Below the pieces are notes generated by a model, which was not told the origin of the DNA, searched no databases, and worked only from the letters and a program-made list of their open reading frames with translations. Source: Candidatus Kapaibacterium sp. (GTDB taxonomy: Bacteria > Bacteroidota > Ignavibacteria > Kapaibacteriales > UBA4661). Taken from it: a stretch of 64,000 nt of DNA. Shown piece after piece: positions 26,382 through 35,567 of the stretch. The DNA is taken from the NCBI GenBank assembly GCA_004292595.1, contig RDXM01000119.1, positions 1,270-65,269 of the forward strand, read 5' to 3'. A program made the translations under genes and the position numbers. How positions within the stretch are numbered: the first letter of the stretch is position 1; every line of letters starts with the position of its first letter.

Positions 26382-28817
26382 TTAAAATGCGTGTCCCAAG
26401 CCAATTTGGATATTTGGCAATAAATTCGCTCGGTCGAAAAGCCACTGCTTTGATGCGGGGTCGAAAACGCGCCAAGCAAAATCTACGCGGAAGGGTCCGA
26501 CTGACGTATCGTAGCGAATGCCGATGCCTGCCGCCAAAGCAAGATTCTGTGCGATGTCGGCAAGGCTCAAGGTACGCTGCGGCTCTAAATAGCTGTTGTA
26601 GGCATTGCCCCAATCCACGAAGCCGCTAATGCCTAAGCGTGCGAACTGGCGTTCAAAAAAATCACCGTATTCGTTGTACTGCTCGGCGAAGTTATATCGC
26701 CATTCTGCGCTGCCTTCCAGCACCGTTCCACTGCCGACAAACTGCCCAACAAAGCGTAGTTCTTGCGACACGCCCGTTTGCTCGGCAACAGCACTGTAAC
26801 GAAGTTCGCGCACATTCCACGCACGGACGCTGTTGCTGCCGCCAGCAAAAAAATGTCGGTCGAGCGGCACAAATGCTGTTTCGGGACGAAATAAGTACGT
26901 GTAGCCCGCACGAATCCTCGCTGCAAAGACGGATTGCTTAGAAAGTGCCTCGTACCACCGCGCTTCGCCCGCAATACGCACAAATTCTGACGCGCCGATG
27001 AGTCCTGCGCCATCCAGCGAGGCATCCACGAAGTAGCCTTTGCGCGGGCTGAAGACGTTATCGCGGTGGTCGCCGCGCAGACCGAAGCTAATAATTGAAC
27101 TTGTGAGAAAGGGCGTGGTGGTCAGGCTGTACAAGTTGTTCAGGAGTTCGTATTGAAATAATTGCTGACGAACAATCAAGCTATCTGAAGGTAGGCGAGC
27201 GAGCTTTAATGCTTCTTCGCGGGTTTGGAGGAAATTGATAGGGCGTTGGCGGTCGAGGTTTATATCGGCAAAGAAGCTCGTAAATACGCCACTTTGCGGT
27301 AATTGTACGGGAAAGGAAAGCGACAATTTGAATGTTTCCAGCAAGAGCGGCGACTGCAATGCCAAAAATGCCAAACTTTGTAGCGAATATGAGAGCTGCC
27401 CATTGAAATCCACGCGCCGCCCCAGCACCTTTGCAAAGAGCGGATAGGCAAAGCGTCCACTCAAAAGAAACTCCAAGCGAGTATTCACAGCGCGTCCAGC
27501 GAAAAGATTATTGATGAAGGTGTTAATATCAACAACTGTAACCTGTGTTTGCAAGTTCAAAATTTGTGCATTGCCAAAGAGATTTTTGTTTTCGTAGCGA
27601 AAGCTGCCACCTGCTTCCAAAAACGATGTGCCGGGAATCTGCCCCACAAACAAGCCAGCATCGGTGTTTTGTGTGCGGCGTGTGCGCGTGAGAACCCGCA
27701 TAGAGAGGCTTGTGTCGGTGTGTGGCGTGATGCGCGAACTTGTGTCCACGAGCGCGAGGTCAAACAAACCGAAATTGTACAAATTGTTCACCGAGCGCAC
27801 GATTGCTGCTTCGTTGTACCAATCGCTCTCCTTAATTTCCACAAACGCAAGCGGCACTGCGGGCGACAAATACGAATACGTCGCGCTGCTATCCACGTAA
27901 GAAATTGTGCCAAACCGCTTTCGCGCACCTGGCTCGAAAAGAACCGTTACGCTATCGCGGCTCTCGCTCTCGCGGCTACTTGTAGCTTGTTTGCTGGTGT
28001 CGAGGGGATTATTGCTGAATGAATTTTCATTTTCAATCAGCGAAAGAATGGGCTTTTTGTAGCGAGCCGTGTAGTAGCCGTTATCGCGGAGAGCCGCTAG
28101 AATACGCTCGTTCTGGGTGGTGATGTCGGATTGATTAAAGCGTGTGCCGCGCTGGAGCGTTATGCAGCGTTGGATGGTTTCGCGCAACTCTGGTGCGATA
28201 TTCTCTAAACCGTAGTAGGCAATGGTATCAAGCAGGGTTGGGGCGTTTTCTTGAATACGAAAGAGAAGCGTATTTTGGCGGGTTTGCGTGTTGGGCAAAA
28301 ATTCAAACTCGACGGTAACGCGATGAAATCCATTACGACGATAATACGCTGCAAGCAAGGCTGTATCGGCTGCTGCGGCAAGTTTATCGAAATAGCGAGC
28401 ATTCTCGCTGGATTCTTTTTGTAGGCGTTGGACGGCTTGCAAAGCGTGTTTTGGCGTGGCGGGATTGCGGCGCAGTTCGGTTGCCAAATACGAGACAAAT
28501 TGTCGTCCCAACGTTTTTTCGCTTGGGCGCGAGGAAATGACGGCTGCCAGAAGGTCGTTTGGAAATGCGGTATTGCCAGTAAAGCTGATATTATCTACTT
28601 CGTAGCGGGTAATCGCGCCGAGCAAGGGCTCGCCCGTTACGGCGGCATCGCGCTCGCGGACTTGCGCGGAAAGGGGAATTTTAGCACAGCAGCAAGCAAC
28701 GATGAGCATTGCAACAACAAAGTAGTATTGCCACTGCTGATGTCGAAAAGAAAAAAAAAGCCCGACACGTGCGAATGGCAGGTCGGGCGAACCTTCAAGT
28801 GGTCGTTCATTATACAT
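26382..28817 (-). CDS. BamA/TamA-family outer-membrane protein (POTRA repeats + surface-antigen beta-barrel)
   Basis: C-terminal barrel with ...GGSNSVRAW..., ending in ...IQIGLGHAF (terminal aromatic residue). Start placed at ATG 28817. Confidence 0.8.
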   Translation of the reverse strand: MYNERPLEGSPDLPFARVGLFFSFRHQQWQYYFVVAMLIVACCCAKIPLSAQVRERDAAVTGEPLLGAITRYEVDNISFTGNTAFPNDLLAAVISSRPSEKTLGRQFVSYLATELRRNPATPKHALQAVQRLQKESSENARYFDKLAAAADTALLAAYYRRNGFHRVTVEFEFLPNTQTRQNTLLFRIQENAPTLLDTIAYYGLENIAPELRETIQRCITLQRGTRFNQSDITTQNERILAALRDNGYYTARYKKPILSLIENENSFSNNPLDTSKQATSSRESESRDSVTVLFEPGARKRFGTISYVDSSATYSYLSPAVPLAFVEIKESDWYNEAAIVRSVNNLYNFGLFDLALVDTSSRITPHTDTSLSMRVLTRTRRTQNTDAGLFVGQIPGTSFLEAGGSFRYENKNLFGNAQILNLQTQVTVVDINTFINNLFAGRAVNTRLEFLLSGRFAYPLFAKVLGRRVDFNGQLSYSLQSLAFLALQSPLLLETFKLSLSFPVQLPQSGVFTSFFADINLDRQRPINFLQTREEALKLARLPSDSLIVRQQLFQYELLNNLYSLTTTPFLTSSIISFGLRGDHRDNVFSPRKGYFVDASLDGAGLIGASEFVRIAGEARWYEALSKQSVFAARIRAGYTYLFRPETAFVPLDRHFFAGGSNSVRAWNVRELRYSAVAEQTGVSQELRFVGQFVGSGTVLEGSAEWRYNFAEQYNEYGDFFERQFARLGISGFVDWGNAYNSYLEPQRTLSLADIAQNLALAAGIGIRYDTSVGPFRVDFAWRVFDPASKQWLFDRANLLPNIQIGLGHAF

Positions 28818-28891
28818 AAAAGTGGACAGCTTGTTGATGCACGATGAATCACTTGTGAGGATAGTCAGAAAAATTTCTACAACAAGGCATC

Positions 28892-29128
28892 TCAATAGTA
28901 GCCTTCGTCGTCTTCTTCATCGTAATATAAATCATCATCTTGATTGATGAAGTCGGGCCAAATGTCTTCAATTCCCTCGTAGAGAGCTTCCTCTTCTTCG
29001 AGTTCTTGGAGATTGTCGATTACTTGCATGGGCGCACCACTGCGTTCCGCAAAGTCAATAAGTTCTTCTTTTGTTGCGGGCCAAGGTGCGTCTTCGAGAA
29101 AGGAAGCGAGTTCCGGCGTCCAAATCAT
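28892..29128 (-). CDS. DUF2795-like small acidic protein
   Basis: MIWTPELASFLEDAPWPATKEELIDFAERSGAPMQVIDNLQEL followed by an acidic tail. ATG at 29128. Confidence 0.65.
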   Translation of the reverse strand: MIWTPELASFLEDAPWPATKEELIDFAERSGAPMQVIDNLQELEEEEALYEGIEDIWPDFINQDDDLYYDEEDDEGYY

Positions 29129-29265
29129 ACTGCGTAGCGAAAATGAAGGTGAAAAAATGTCGTGATGGCGGTGGAATAATGAACTGCGATGTGCAGCCTC
29201 ATTGTTTAAGCGGAATGCAAAAATAGAATTTGAGCGAAGGGAAATCAAGGGAAATTTCTTTGACT

Positions 29266-29364
29266 CTACACAAGACGATAATATTCTTGCATATCAAAAA
29301 TTGTACCAGCAAGCATCAGAGCAAGGAGAGGAGGCAATATTGCCCAATCGTATTTTTTTTTCAT
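29266..29364 (-). CDS. possible 32-aa membrane micro-protein
   Basis: MKKKYDWAILPPLLALMLAGTIFDMQEYYRLV has one hydrophobic helix. It is below the ORF-track cutoff and has no supporting homology. Confidence 0.2.
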   Translation of the reverse strand: MKKKYDWAILPPLLALMLAGTIFDMQEYYRLV

Positions 29365-29370
29365 AATACC

Positions 29371-29403
29371 GAAAAATAGCTACACGACGTGCGGCTATTT
29401 TTC
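29371..29403. terminator. long perfect hairpin, candidate bidirectional terminator
   Basis: GAAAAATAGC (29371-29380) / GCTATTTTTC (29394-29403), with an inner CACG/CGTG stem. Confidence 0.4.
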
Positions 29404-29758
29404 AATGTTAGTTTTTCCTAGCGGCATTGTTCCCTGCAAGCAAGGAAAGATGCCATTATTCATCCAGTGCTAGGCTTCTCTCTCGCTTGCGTACGAGCTT
29501 TCGTGCGGCTTTGTTCAGTTTTTTTTCATTGGAAAAAAAGGTATGCGCAATGTCAAAGGCAACGCCAACACCCCAACCAAGTATTGTTGCGAGCGATCAC
29601 GTAAGGTGTCCGTTTTCGAGTATGACATTCAATCCCGCCAGAGGAGGAAGCACACTCCCCAAACGACAAGCAGCACCGCGCTTTACGCACAGTGCTGCAA
29701 CTAAAAACATTTGTATCTGCAATAATATCAACCGTTTAAGACATAAGCGTGTTGCCCA

Positions 29759-30385
29759 TTACTTCGCAAATTTTGTAAATCGCTCGTTAATGCGCCCCCA
29801 GTGAAGGTTGGCGAAGAAATTATCCAGATATTTCGGGCGTACTGGACCGTCTTTGTGGTAATAGGCGTGTTCAAACATATCGCACGAAATAAGCGGAATA
29901 CCGCCCCAAATTGCGCCGTAGTGGTGTTCGTCCACCAGCACGTTCAGCAAGCGTCCACTATACAACTGGTCGAGTGTGAGAACGCCCCAACCCGAAAGTT
30001 TTGCGGCGAGACACGTTGCCTTGAAGTCTGCTTTCCATGCGTCTATCGAACCAAACTCTTTTTCGATTGCTGCCACAACGTCCGCACCTTTTGTCGTGTC
30101 GCCGTCGCCGCCCAGCACTTCCCAATAGACATCGTGCAGCACCGTTCCACCGTGATTCCATGTTTGGCGACGTTTTAATTCGCCAAAATCCGACCAGTTG
30201 CCGTTTGCAGCAGATTTATCAGCATTTGGTAAGGCAGCTTCGATTTTGTTCAAAAAGGTAACGTAGCCTTTGTGGTGTGTGTTGTAATGCCAATCCGTTG
30301 TTTCTGGCGACAACACATCGTTCAAAAGACTTTTTGCTTCTTCGTCCGAGTACGGACGCGGGTTAAATTTCCATTCGTACGCCAT
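29759..30385 (-). CDS. Fe/Mn superoxide dismutase
   Basis: HYNTHHKGY and DMFEHAYY metal-ligand motifs. Length 208 aa. Confidence 0.92.
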   Translation of the reverse strand: MAYEWKFNPRPYSDEEAKSLLNDVLSPETTDWHYNTHHKGYVTFLNKIEAALPNADKSAANGNWSDFGELKRRQTWNHGGTVLHDVYWEVLGGDGDTTKGADVVAAIEKEFGSIDAWKADFKATCLAAKLSGWGVLTLDQLYSGRLLNVLVDEHHYGAIWGGIPLISCDMFEHAYYHKDGPVRPKYLDNFFANLHWGRINERFTKFAK

Positions 30386-30454
30386 TGAAATAGCTCTCCA
30401 ATTTGAAAAGTAAGAAAAATTAGGTGCGGTGGTAGAATGTTTCGGAAATGGTTC

Positions 30455-30564
30455 TACACTGAAAAAGGTTTGCTGCTTCAGATGTAGTCCACCTTTAAGG
30501 TGGACTACATCTCAACGCAACGCCTTCACTTTTTGATATGCAATTTTTACCCATTTTTAGTATG
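30455..30564 (+). mobile_element. family B MITE-like element (B-2)
   Basis: TACACTGAAAAAGG...GATGTAGTCCACCT-tta-AGGTGGACTACATC...CCCATTTTTAGTAT. Confidence 0.85.
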
Positions 30565-30618
30565 TCACTGGTTCTATCGCTCAGAAACGACCGCTCGGAA
30601 ACGATAAGATGGGAAAAA

Positions 30619-30897
30619 TCACGCATCATAGTCAATGACAACATCATCCGTCGTGGGATGTGCCTGACACGTCAAGATATAACCGTCGGCAATTTCGTCG
30701 TCGGTGAGAGCCTCGCGGTCGTCCATAACGACTTCGCCAGAAAATTTTTTAGCACGACAGGTGCAGCACGAGCCGATTTGACACGCATATGGCGGGTCGA
30801 GATTCTGACGAATAGCAGCCGCAAGAATGTTTTCATCCGGCTCAACGGTAATAATTGATTTTTTTCCGTAAAGGCTGAGGGTAACAGTTCGAGACAT
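30619..30897 (-). CDS. plant-type 2Fe-2S ferredoxin
   Basis: Cys ligand pattern CQIGSCCTC...LTCQ. Length 92 aa. Confidence 0.85.
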   Translation of the reverse strand: MSRTVTLSLYGKKSIITVEPDENILAAAIRQNLDPPYACQIGSCCTCRAKKFSGEVVMDDREALTDDEIADGYILTCQAHPTTDDVVIDYDA

Positions 30898-31004
30898 TGA
30901 AGAAAAAAATTGATGAAGAGAGAAGTTGAATTCAAGTTGTTATCTGCGAGCAAGCATTGATGAGGCTTTGTATCGGTTGCTTTCTATCTTGTGCTTTCTG
31001 CTTG

Positions 31005-31373
31005 CTACATGAAACCCAGTTCTAAAAGCGCGACCTCCGACATCATGGATTTGTCCCATGTTGGCTCGAAAACAACATCCACCATCGCGCTCACAACGCC
31101 GTCAATATTGCGCAATCGGTCTTCTACCTCACCTGGGAGCGTTCCAGCAGACGGGCAATTTGGTGAGGTAAGCGTCATCTCGGCAAAAATAGAGTTATCG
31201 GGCTTGATTTCAACTTTGTACATCAAACCAAGCTCATAAATATCTACGGGGATTTCGGGGTCATAGCACGTCTTTATCGCGGCAATAACACGCTCTTCCA
31301 TATTCGGAAGCGTACCATTATCGAAAAATGCCATGCCGTGTTTTGTTTCGGGCAATGTAGGGAAAGGAAACAT
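31005..31373 (-). CDS. DUF59 / SufT-like Fe-S assembly protein
   Basis: CYDPEIPVDIYELGLMY and LTSPNCPSAG motifs. Confidence 0.8.
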   Translation of the reverse strand: MFPFPTLPETKHGMAFFDNGTLPNMEERVIAAIKTCYDPEIPVDIYELGLMYKVEIKPDNSIFAEMTLTSPNCPSAGTLPGEVEDRLRNIDGVVSAMVDVVFEPTWDKSMMSEVALLELGFM

Positions 31374-31397
31374 ACAAAACTGATGGGGAATAAAAAT

Positions 31398-31859
31398 TTA
31401 TGCTGCTTTTTGCTCGTGCATTTGCTCTCGCGTTTGCTGCTGTGCAAGCACCGAAAATCCAATGGCATACATCTTGATTTGCTTAATCATTGCCGCAAAC
31501 CCATTGGTGCGTGTGGGTGAAAGATGTGTATCTAAGCCGATTTGCGAGATGAAATCTGGCGCAGTGGCGGTGATTTCTTCCGATGTTCGCCCTGCATACA
31601 CACGCAAGGCAAGCGCAACTAAGCCCTTGACAATAAGCGCATCAGAATCGCCCCAAAAATGCACACGACCGTCCTTGAACTCCGCATGAAGCCACACCTG
31701 CGACTGACAGCCACGCACTTTATTCGCATCGGTGCGATGCTCTTCGGGAAACGGCGCAAGGCTCCGCCCCAAAGCAATGATGTGGGCGTATTTTTCTTCC
31801 CAGTCAAAGAAATCAGCAAATTCCTCAACAATTTCCTGCTGTGTGGCGTGAATGCTCAT
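31398..31859 (-). CDS. sufE: SufE-like cysteine desulfuration protein
   Basis: KVRGCQSQVWL active-site motif. ATG at 31859. Confidence 0.85.
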   Translation of the reverse strand: MSIHATQQEIVEEFADFFDWEEKYAHIIALGRSLAPFPEEHRTDANKVRGCQSQVWLHAEFKDGRVHFWGDSDALIVKGLVALALRVYAGRTSEEITATAPDFISQIGLDTHLSPTRTNGFAAMIKQIKMYAIGFSVLAQQQTREQMHEQKAA

Positions 31860-31967
31860 GGTAGAAGGGTCGAGATGAAAACGGGCATTTGAAATAAGGC
31901 GTTCAGCAAAGCTACTCTGGTGAAGACGCAAAATGCGCTGTGAGATTGTACGAACACAAACCGTAAA

Positions 31968-32200
31968 TATACTAACAAAGGTTTGCTGCTTCAGATGTAG
32001 TCCACCTTGAAGGTGGACTACATCTCATTCTTTCACTTTTTGATATGCAATTTTTACCCGTTTTGTAACTGGTCAGGTCATGATTTTTTAGGACGCAGAT
32101 GAAGATGATTGAATGGATGAAGATGATGAAAATGCAGAAAACATCAACAACGGATGAAGTCTGCATTCACGACCTGACCAGTTACCCCGTTTTTAGTGTA
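31968..32200 (+). mobile_element. family B element (B-3) interrupted by a nested insertion
   Basis: The normal B sequence runs to ...TTTTTACCCGTTTT (32064) and resumes as CCCGTTTTTAGTGTA (32186-32200). Confidence 0.85.
32065..32185. mobile_element. 121-bp nested MITE-like element (family D) with 15-bp perfect TIRs and an 8-bp target-site duplication
   Basis: TIRs are GTAACTGGTCAGGTC (32065-32079) and GACCTGACCAGTTAC (32171-32185). The flanking duplication is CCCGTTTT at 32057-32064 and 32186-32193. Confidence 0.8.
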
Positions 32201-32245
32201 TCAGAGGCAATCGTGAGAGATTCACAAGCAAAAATTCCGACACCA

Positions 32246-33457
32246 TCACATATCCAGCAAATGCCCCATTTTTGTTTTTTTTGTGCGCATATAGTCAATA
32301 TTTCGCTCATTGTGAGGAACTTCAATCGGAATGCGCTCAACTACTTCCAAGCCATAGCTTTCCAGTCCCACGCGCTTTGTTGGATTATTGGTCATCAGCC
32401 GCATTTTCCGCACACCCAGATCCACGAGGATTTGTGCGCCAATGCCGTAATCACGAACATCAGGCTGGAAGCCAAGTGCGACGTTTGCTTGCACGGTGTC
32501 CATGCCTTGTTCTTGCAGCGCGTAAGCACGAATTTTATTCAACAAGCCGATGCCGCGTCCTTCTTGGCGCATATACAAAACAACGCCTTTGCCTTCGTCC
32601 GAGATTTTTTTCATTGCCGCAGAAAGCTGCAAGCCGCAGTCGCAGCGCATAGAATGGAACACATCGCCTGTCAAACATTCCGAATGAACCCGCACCAATA
32701 CTGGCTCGTCGGGCTGCCACTCGCCTTTGACCAGCGCAACGTGTTCTTTGCCGTCCACCACATTTTGATAGCCAATAATTTTGAACTCGCCAAATTCTGT
32801 TGGCATCGCCGCTTCGGCAAATTTGCTGACCAGCTTGTCGCTCTGAACACGATAAGCAATCAGGTCTTTCACGGTAATAATTTTCATGGTGTGCTTGCGA
32901 GCAAAGGCAAACAGGTCGTCGCCACGCTTCATTGTGCCGTCGTCGTGGAGAATTTCGCAAAGAACACCGCACGGCTTGAGACCTGCAAGACGCATTAAAT
33001 CTACGGTTGCTTCGGTGTGTCCTGCGCGGCGCAGCACTCCGCCCTCAACGGCAACAAGCGGGAAAATATGCCCAGGTCGCCCTAAATCGCTGGGCTTTGT
33101 GGTTTCGTCTATCATTGCGCGAATAGTGGCGGCGCGGTCGAATGCAGAAATGCCCGACGTAGTTTTGTGGATGTAATCCACCGAAACGGTAAATTTTGTG
33201 CCGTGCAAGGCAGTATTGGAGCGCACCATTGGCTCAAGCTCTAGCTCTAGTGCGCGTTCTGGCGTTACCGACACGCACACCAAACCACGCCCTTCTACTG
33301 CCATAAAATTCACCATTTCGGGTGTGCAGAGTTCGGATGAGCAAATAAGGTCGCCTTCATTTTCACGGTCTTCATCATCAACAACAATAATCGTTTTGCC
33401 GTTTTTGAGGTCTTCAACAGCTTCGGGAATCGTATTAAACGCGGGATTGAGAGCCAT
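32246..33457 (-). CDS. ribBA: bifunctional 3,4-dihydroxy-2-butanone-4-phosphate synthase / GTP cyclohydrolase II
   Basis: [11 protein letters not shown] (RibB) and a C-terminal RibA half with the CxC...C zinc site ([18 protein letters not shown]). Confidence 0.95.
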   Translation of the reverse strand: MALNPAFNTIPEAVEDLKNGKTIIVVDDEDRENEGDLICSSELCTPEMVNFMAVEGRGLVCVSVTPERALELELEPMVRSNTALHGTKFTVSVDYIHKTTSGISAFDRAATIRAMIDETTKPSDLGRPGHIFPLVAVEGGVLRRAGHTEATVDLMRLAGLKPCGVLCEILHDDGTMKRGDDLFAFARKHTMKIITVKDLIAYRVQSDKLVSKFAEAAMPTEFGEFKIIGYQNVVDGKEHVALVKGEWQPDEPVLVRVHSECLTGDVFHSMRCDCGLQLSAAMKKISDEGKGVVLYMRQEGRGIGLLNKIRAYALQEQGMDTVQANVALGFQPDVRDYGIGAQILVDLGVRKMRLMTNNPTKRVGLESYGLEVVERIPIEVPHNERNIDYMRTKKTKMGHLLDM

Positions 33458-33529
33458 AGCGGGTGGTAGGTGAAAAATGGAAATTTTATTTTACAGCAAT
33501 TTCCCTAACTGGGAAACAAAACACTGTAG

Positions 33530-33612
33530 TCGTGGCACAGACATTCCTGTCTGTGAGTGTTGGTGATGAATTCAGGCGACAACAAATACAGACAAGAATG
33601 AACTGTGCCACT
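33530..33612. repeat. family A palindromic element (A-4)
   Basis: GTGGCACAGACATTCCTGTCTGTG...ACAGACAAGAATGAACTGTGCCACT. It lies 70 nt downstream of the yajC stop. Confidence 0.8.
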
Positions 33613-33680
33613 GAAGACTGAGCCAACGTGCTTCGCAGAATTTTTGTATAAAAGAGATATTGCTATAAGGCGCGTACAAT

Positions 33681-34010
33681 CTACGCTTTTGGCACAATCG
33701 TTGCCACAGCAGCTTTATTGACGCGAATTTTTACATTGTCGGAAATATTGACATTGACAACATTATTATCATTATCTACCGACGCAATAGAACCATGAAT
33801 ACCAGACGAAAGAATAACTTTATCGCCTTGTTTTAATGCTTCGAGGAGTTTCTTTTGCTCATCTTCACGCTTTTTTTGTGGACGCAAAATCATGAAGTAA
33901 AAAATTGCCATTACCGCGCCAAACATAATCACGGTAGAAAGCATCTGCTGTGTGGGGTCGCCGCCTTGCGCTGGCGAAAATGCGAGAAGGAAACTCATGG
34001 AAAAATTCAT
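33681..34010 (-). CDS. yajC: preprotein translocase subunit YajC
   Basis: MFGAVMAIFYFMILRPQKKR...LKQGDKVILSSGIHGSI. ATG at 34010. Confidence 0.85.
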   Translation of the reverse strand: MNFSMSFLLAFSPAQGGDPTQQMLSTVIMFGAVMAIFYFMILRPQKKREDEQKKLLEALKQGDKVILSSGIHGSIASVDNDNNVVNVNISDNVKIRVNKAAVATIVPKA

Positions 34011-34224
34011 TGTATCAAGAAAAGAAAAGTGAAATATGACTATCGGCACACATACTTTACTTGCACCAATGCGTGAGCGAAAAAACGCAAAGGGAAATAT
34101 CTGTGCTGTTGAAGCCGAAATTTTTAAAATCTTTACCAAAACCTCTGCTAAAATCTTTGCCAAGATTTTTACCAGTACAGCCCAAAAATTACGGAAAAAT
34201 GCTGGATAAGTTATGCAGAAATTT

Positions 34225-34584
34225 TCACAATACGTTTTCCAGTTCTGCGCGTACTTTCTTTGGCAAAGCAGCAACAATACAGTTGTATGAATCATCCACC
34301 CACAAAAAGAGGGTTCTACGAGGCACAGAGCCATTCAGGGGGACGCTCACCCAGTGCTTTTTATTCATATGATAGCCAGGCTGTACGTCTTCGTGGCGAG
34401 CGCGGCGTTCCAAAAGTATATCGGGGTTGCCTTTCAGATTGACCGTGCTGGCATCGTTTCCGCCAGCAATAGCAAAAATTTTGCCGCCGACTTTGAAAAC
34501 AGATGTAATATCATCGAAAGGAAGTTCTTCCGTTGCGCCTCCTTTTTGAAGGCAGTATTCGCGGAATTCTTGAAGTGTAAGCAT
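34225..34584 (-). CDS. MmcQ/YjbR-family DNA-binding protein
   Basis: 119 aa. ...KVGGKIFA...PGYHMNKKHWVSV... is the family signature. Confidence 0.8.
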   Translation of the reverse strand: MLTLQEFREYCLQKGGATEELPFDDITSVFKVGGKIFAIAGGNDASTVNLKGNPDILLERRARHEDVQPGYHMNKKHWVSVPLNGSVPRRTLFLWVDDSYNCIVAALPKKVRAELENVL

Positions 34585-34587
34585 TGT

Positions 34588-34689
34588 GTGAAAAATTGAG
34601 AAATGAAATTATCAAAAAGCGAAGGCGTTGAGATGTAGTCCACCTCAAAGGTGGACTACATCTGAAGCAACAAACTTTTTTCAGTATAG
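34588..34689 (-). mobile_element. family B MITE-like element (B-4), one terminus eroded at the mmcQ-like start codon
   Basis: ...ATCAAAAAGCGAAGGCGTTGAGATGTAGTCCACCT-caa-AGGTGGACTACATCTGAAGCAACAAAC...TTCAGTATA. Confidence 0.8.
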
Positions 34690-34923
34690 CCCAAAACTCT
34701 CATTTTTTCTCAAAAACTCTCATTGCTCTCACGGGAAGCGTAGCCTCTCATTTTCAAGAGAGATATTTGAGAGCTAAAAATAAAAATGCACCAAAATTGA
34801 CAAATAAAAGCAAAAAAAATCTGGCATGAGTTTTTGACAGATATTTAGTATGGCAACCAAACACACTTTGGAAATTTTAGAAACTTTAGAACACATCCAT
34901 CTTATTTTTTGAAAAGAACAATC

Positions 34924-35352
34924 ATGACAAAAAGACGCGCTCTGGCTTTAGCATTATCAGCGTTGTGGATTATGGTATGCGCAATTTCCGTTTTTGCAGC
35001 CGATAAGCCCAGCACTCAGGCACTTCCAACACGTACTACAACAACAGCGTGTGTGCGCCTTGATTGTTCTCGCTCCGACCTTGAGCGCATTCCAGCAGAA
35101 GCCTTCGACGAAATGAGCTTGACCGAATTGCTCACTATCACGATGGAAACGGATGCTGATTCGCTTACTATGACCATGACAACAAATGCTCAAGCGACCA
35201 ATGATTTCATGCACCTTCTTGATGCTAATACAACAGCAACAAAGATAACAGAGCAAATGGTGAACACAAGGACACCAGCTGCTGTCGCGCTTTCGACCAA
35301 TGGTGATACAGCCCACCGCAAAACAAGCGCACCAATGCTTCGGCGCAAATAG
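34924..35352 (+). CDS. hypothetical secreted protein
   Basis: Signal-peptide-like N-terminus (RRALALALSALWIMVCAISVFA). T-rich and low-complexity, with no known domain. Confidence 0.4.
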   Translation: MTKRRALALALSALWIMVCAISVFAADKPSTQALPTRTTTTACVRLDCSRSDLERIPAEAFDEMSLTELLTITMETDADSLTMTMTTNAQATNDFMHLLDANTTATKITEQMVNTRTPAAVALSTNGDTAHRKTSAPMLRRK

Positions 35353-35492
35353 TACGCAAGCCTTTTGGGGGAACAACCACACGCCAAGCAAGCCTATAAG
35401 GGCTTCTCAGCATCACTGCTTCGGCGCATCACGCTTCACGTGCATTCTGCTCATTCTGCAATAATCCACAACTTGGATTCCTTCTTTTGGGA

Positions 35493-35532
35493 ACAAAAAA
35501 CCTCTTCAATGCCAGCATTGAAGAGGTTTTGT
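35493..35532. terminator. bidirectional intrinsic terminator between convergent genes
   Basis: Perfect 13-bp stem AACCTCTTCAATG / CATTGAAGAGGTT with loop CCAG, flanked by A6 and TTTGT. Confidence 0.7.
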
Positions 35533-35567
35533 GCTGATACAGCCATTCGTTTCAAAAATGCTATTCA

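Noticed and set aside
29427-29804. 125-aa plus-strand ORF in the sod-proximal gap
   Set aside because: Its 3' end overlaps the SOD gene antisense, its composition is implausible, and it has no start context.
31972-32166. Small ORFs encoding RCSPP.RWTTSEA-like peptides (also at 58178-58360 and 60346-60594)
   Set aside because: The shared peptide is just the translation of the family B hairpin core. Start and stop positions differ between copies, so the recurrence is repeat-driven and not a gene family.
32099-32998. 299-aa plus-strand ORF antisense to ribBA
   Set aside because: It is a shadow ORF of a highly conserved gene. It begins inside the nested repeat element and has no recognisable domain.
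33458-33680. Expected FMN (RFN) riboswitch upstream of ribBA
   Set aside because: I read the leader on the minus strand. It contains a family A element and an A/T-rich stretch, but nothing resembling the conserved RFN core.
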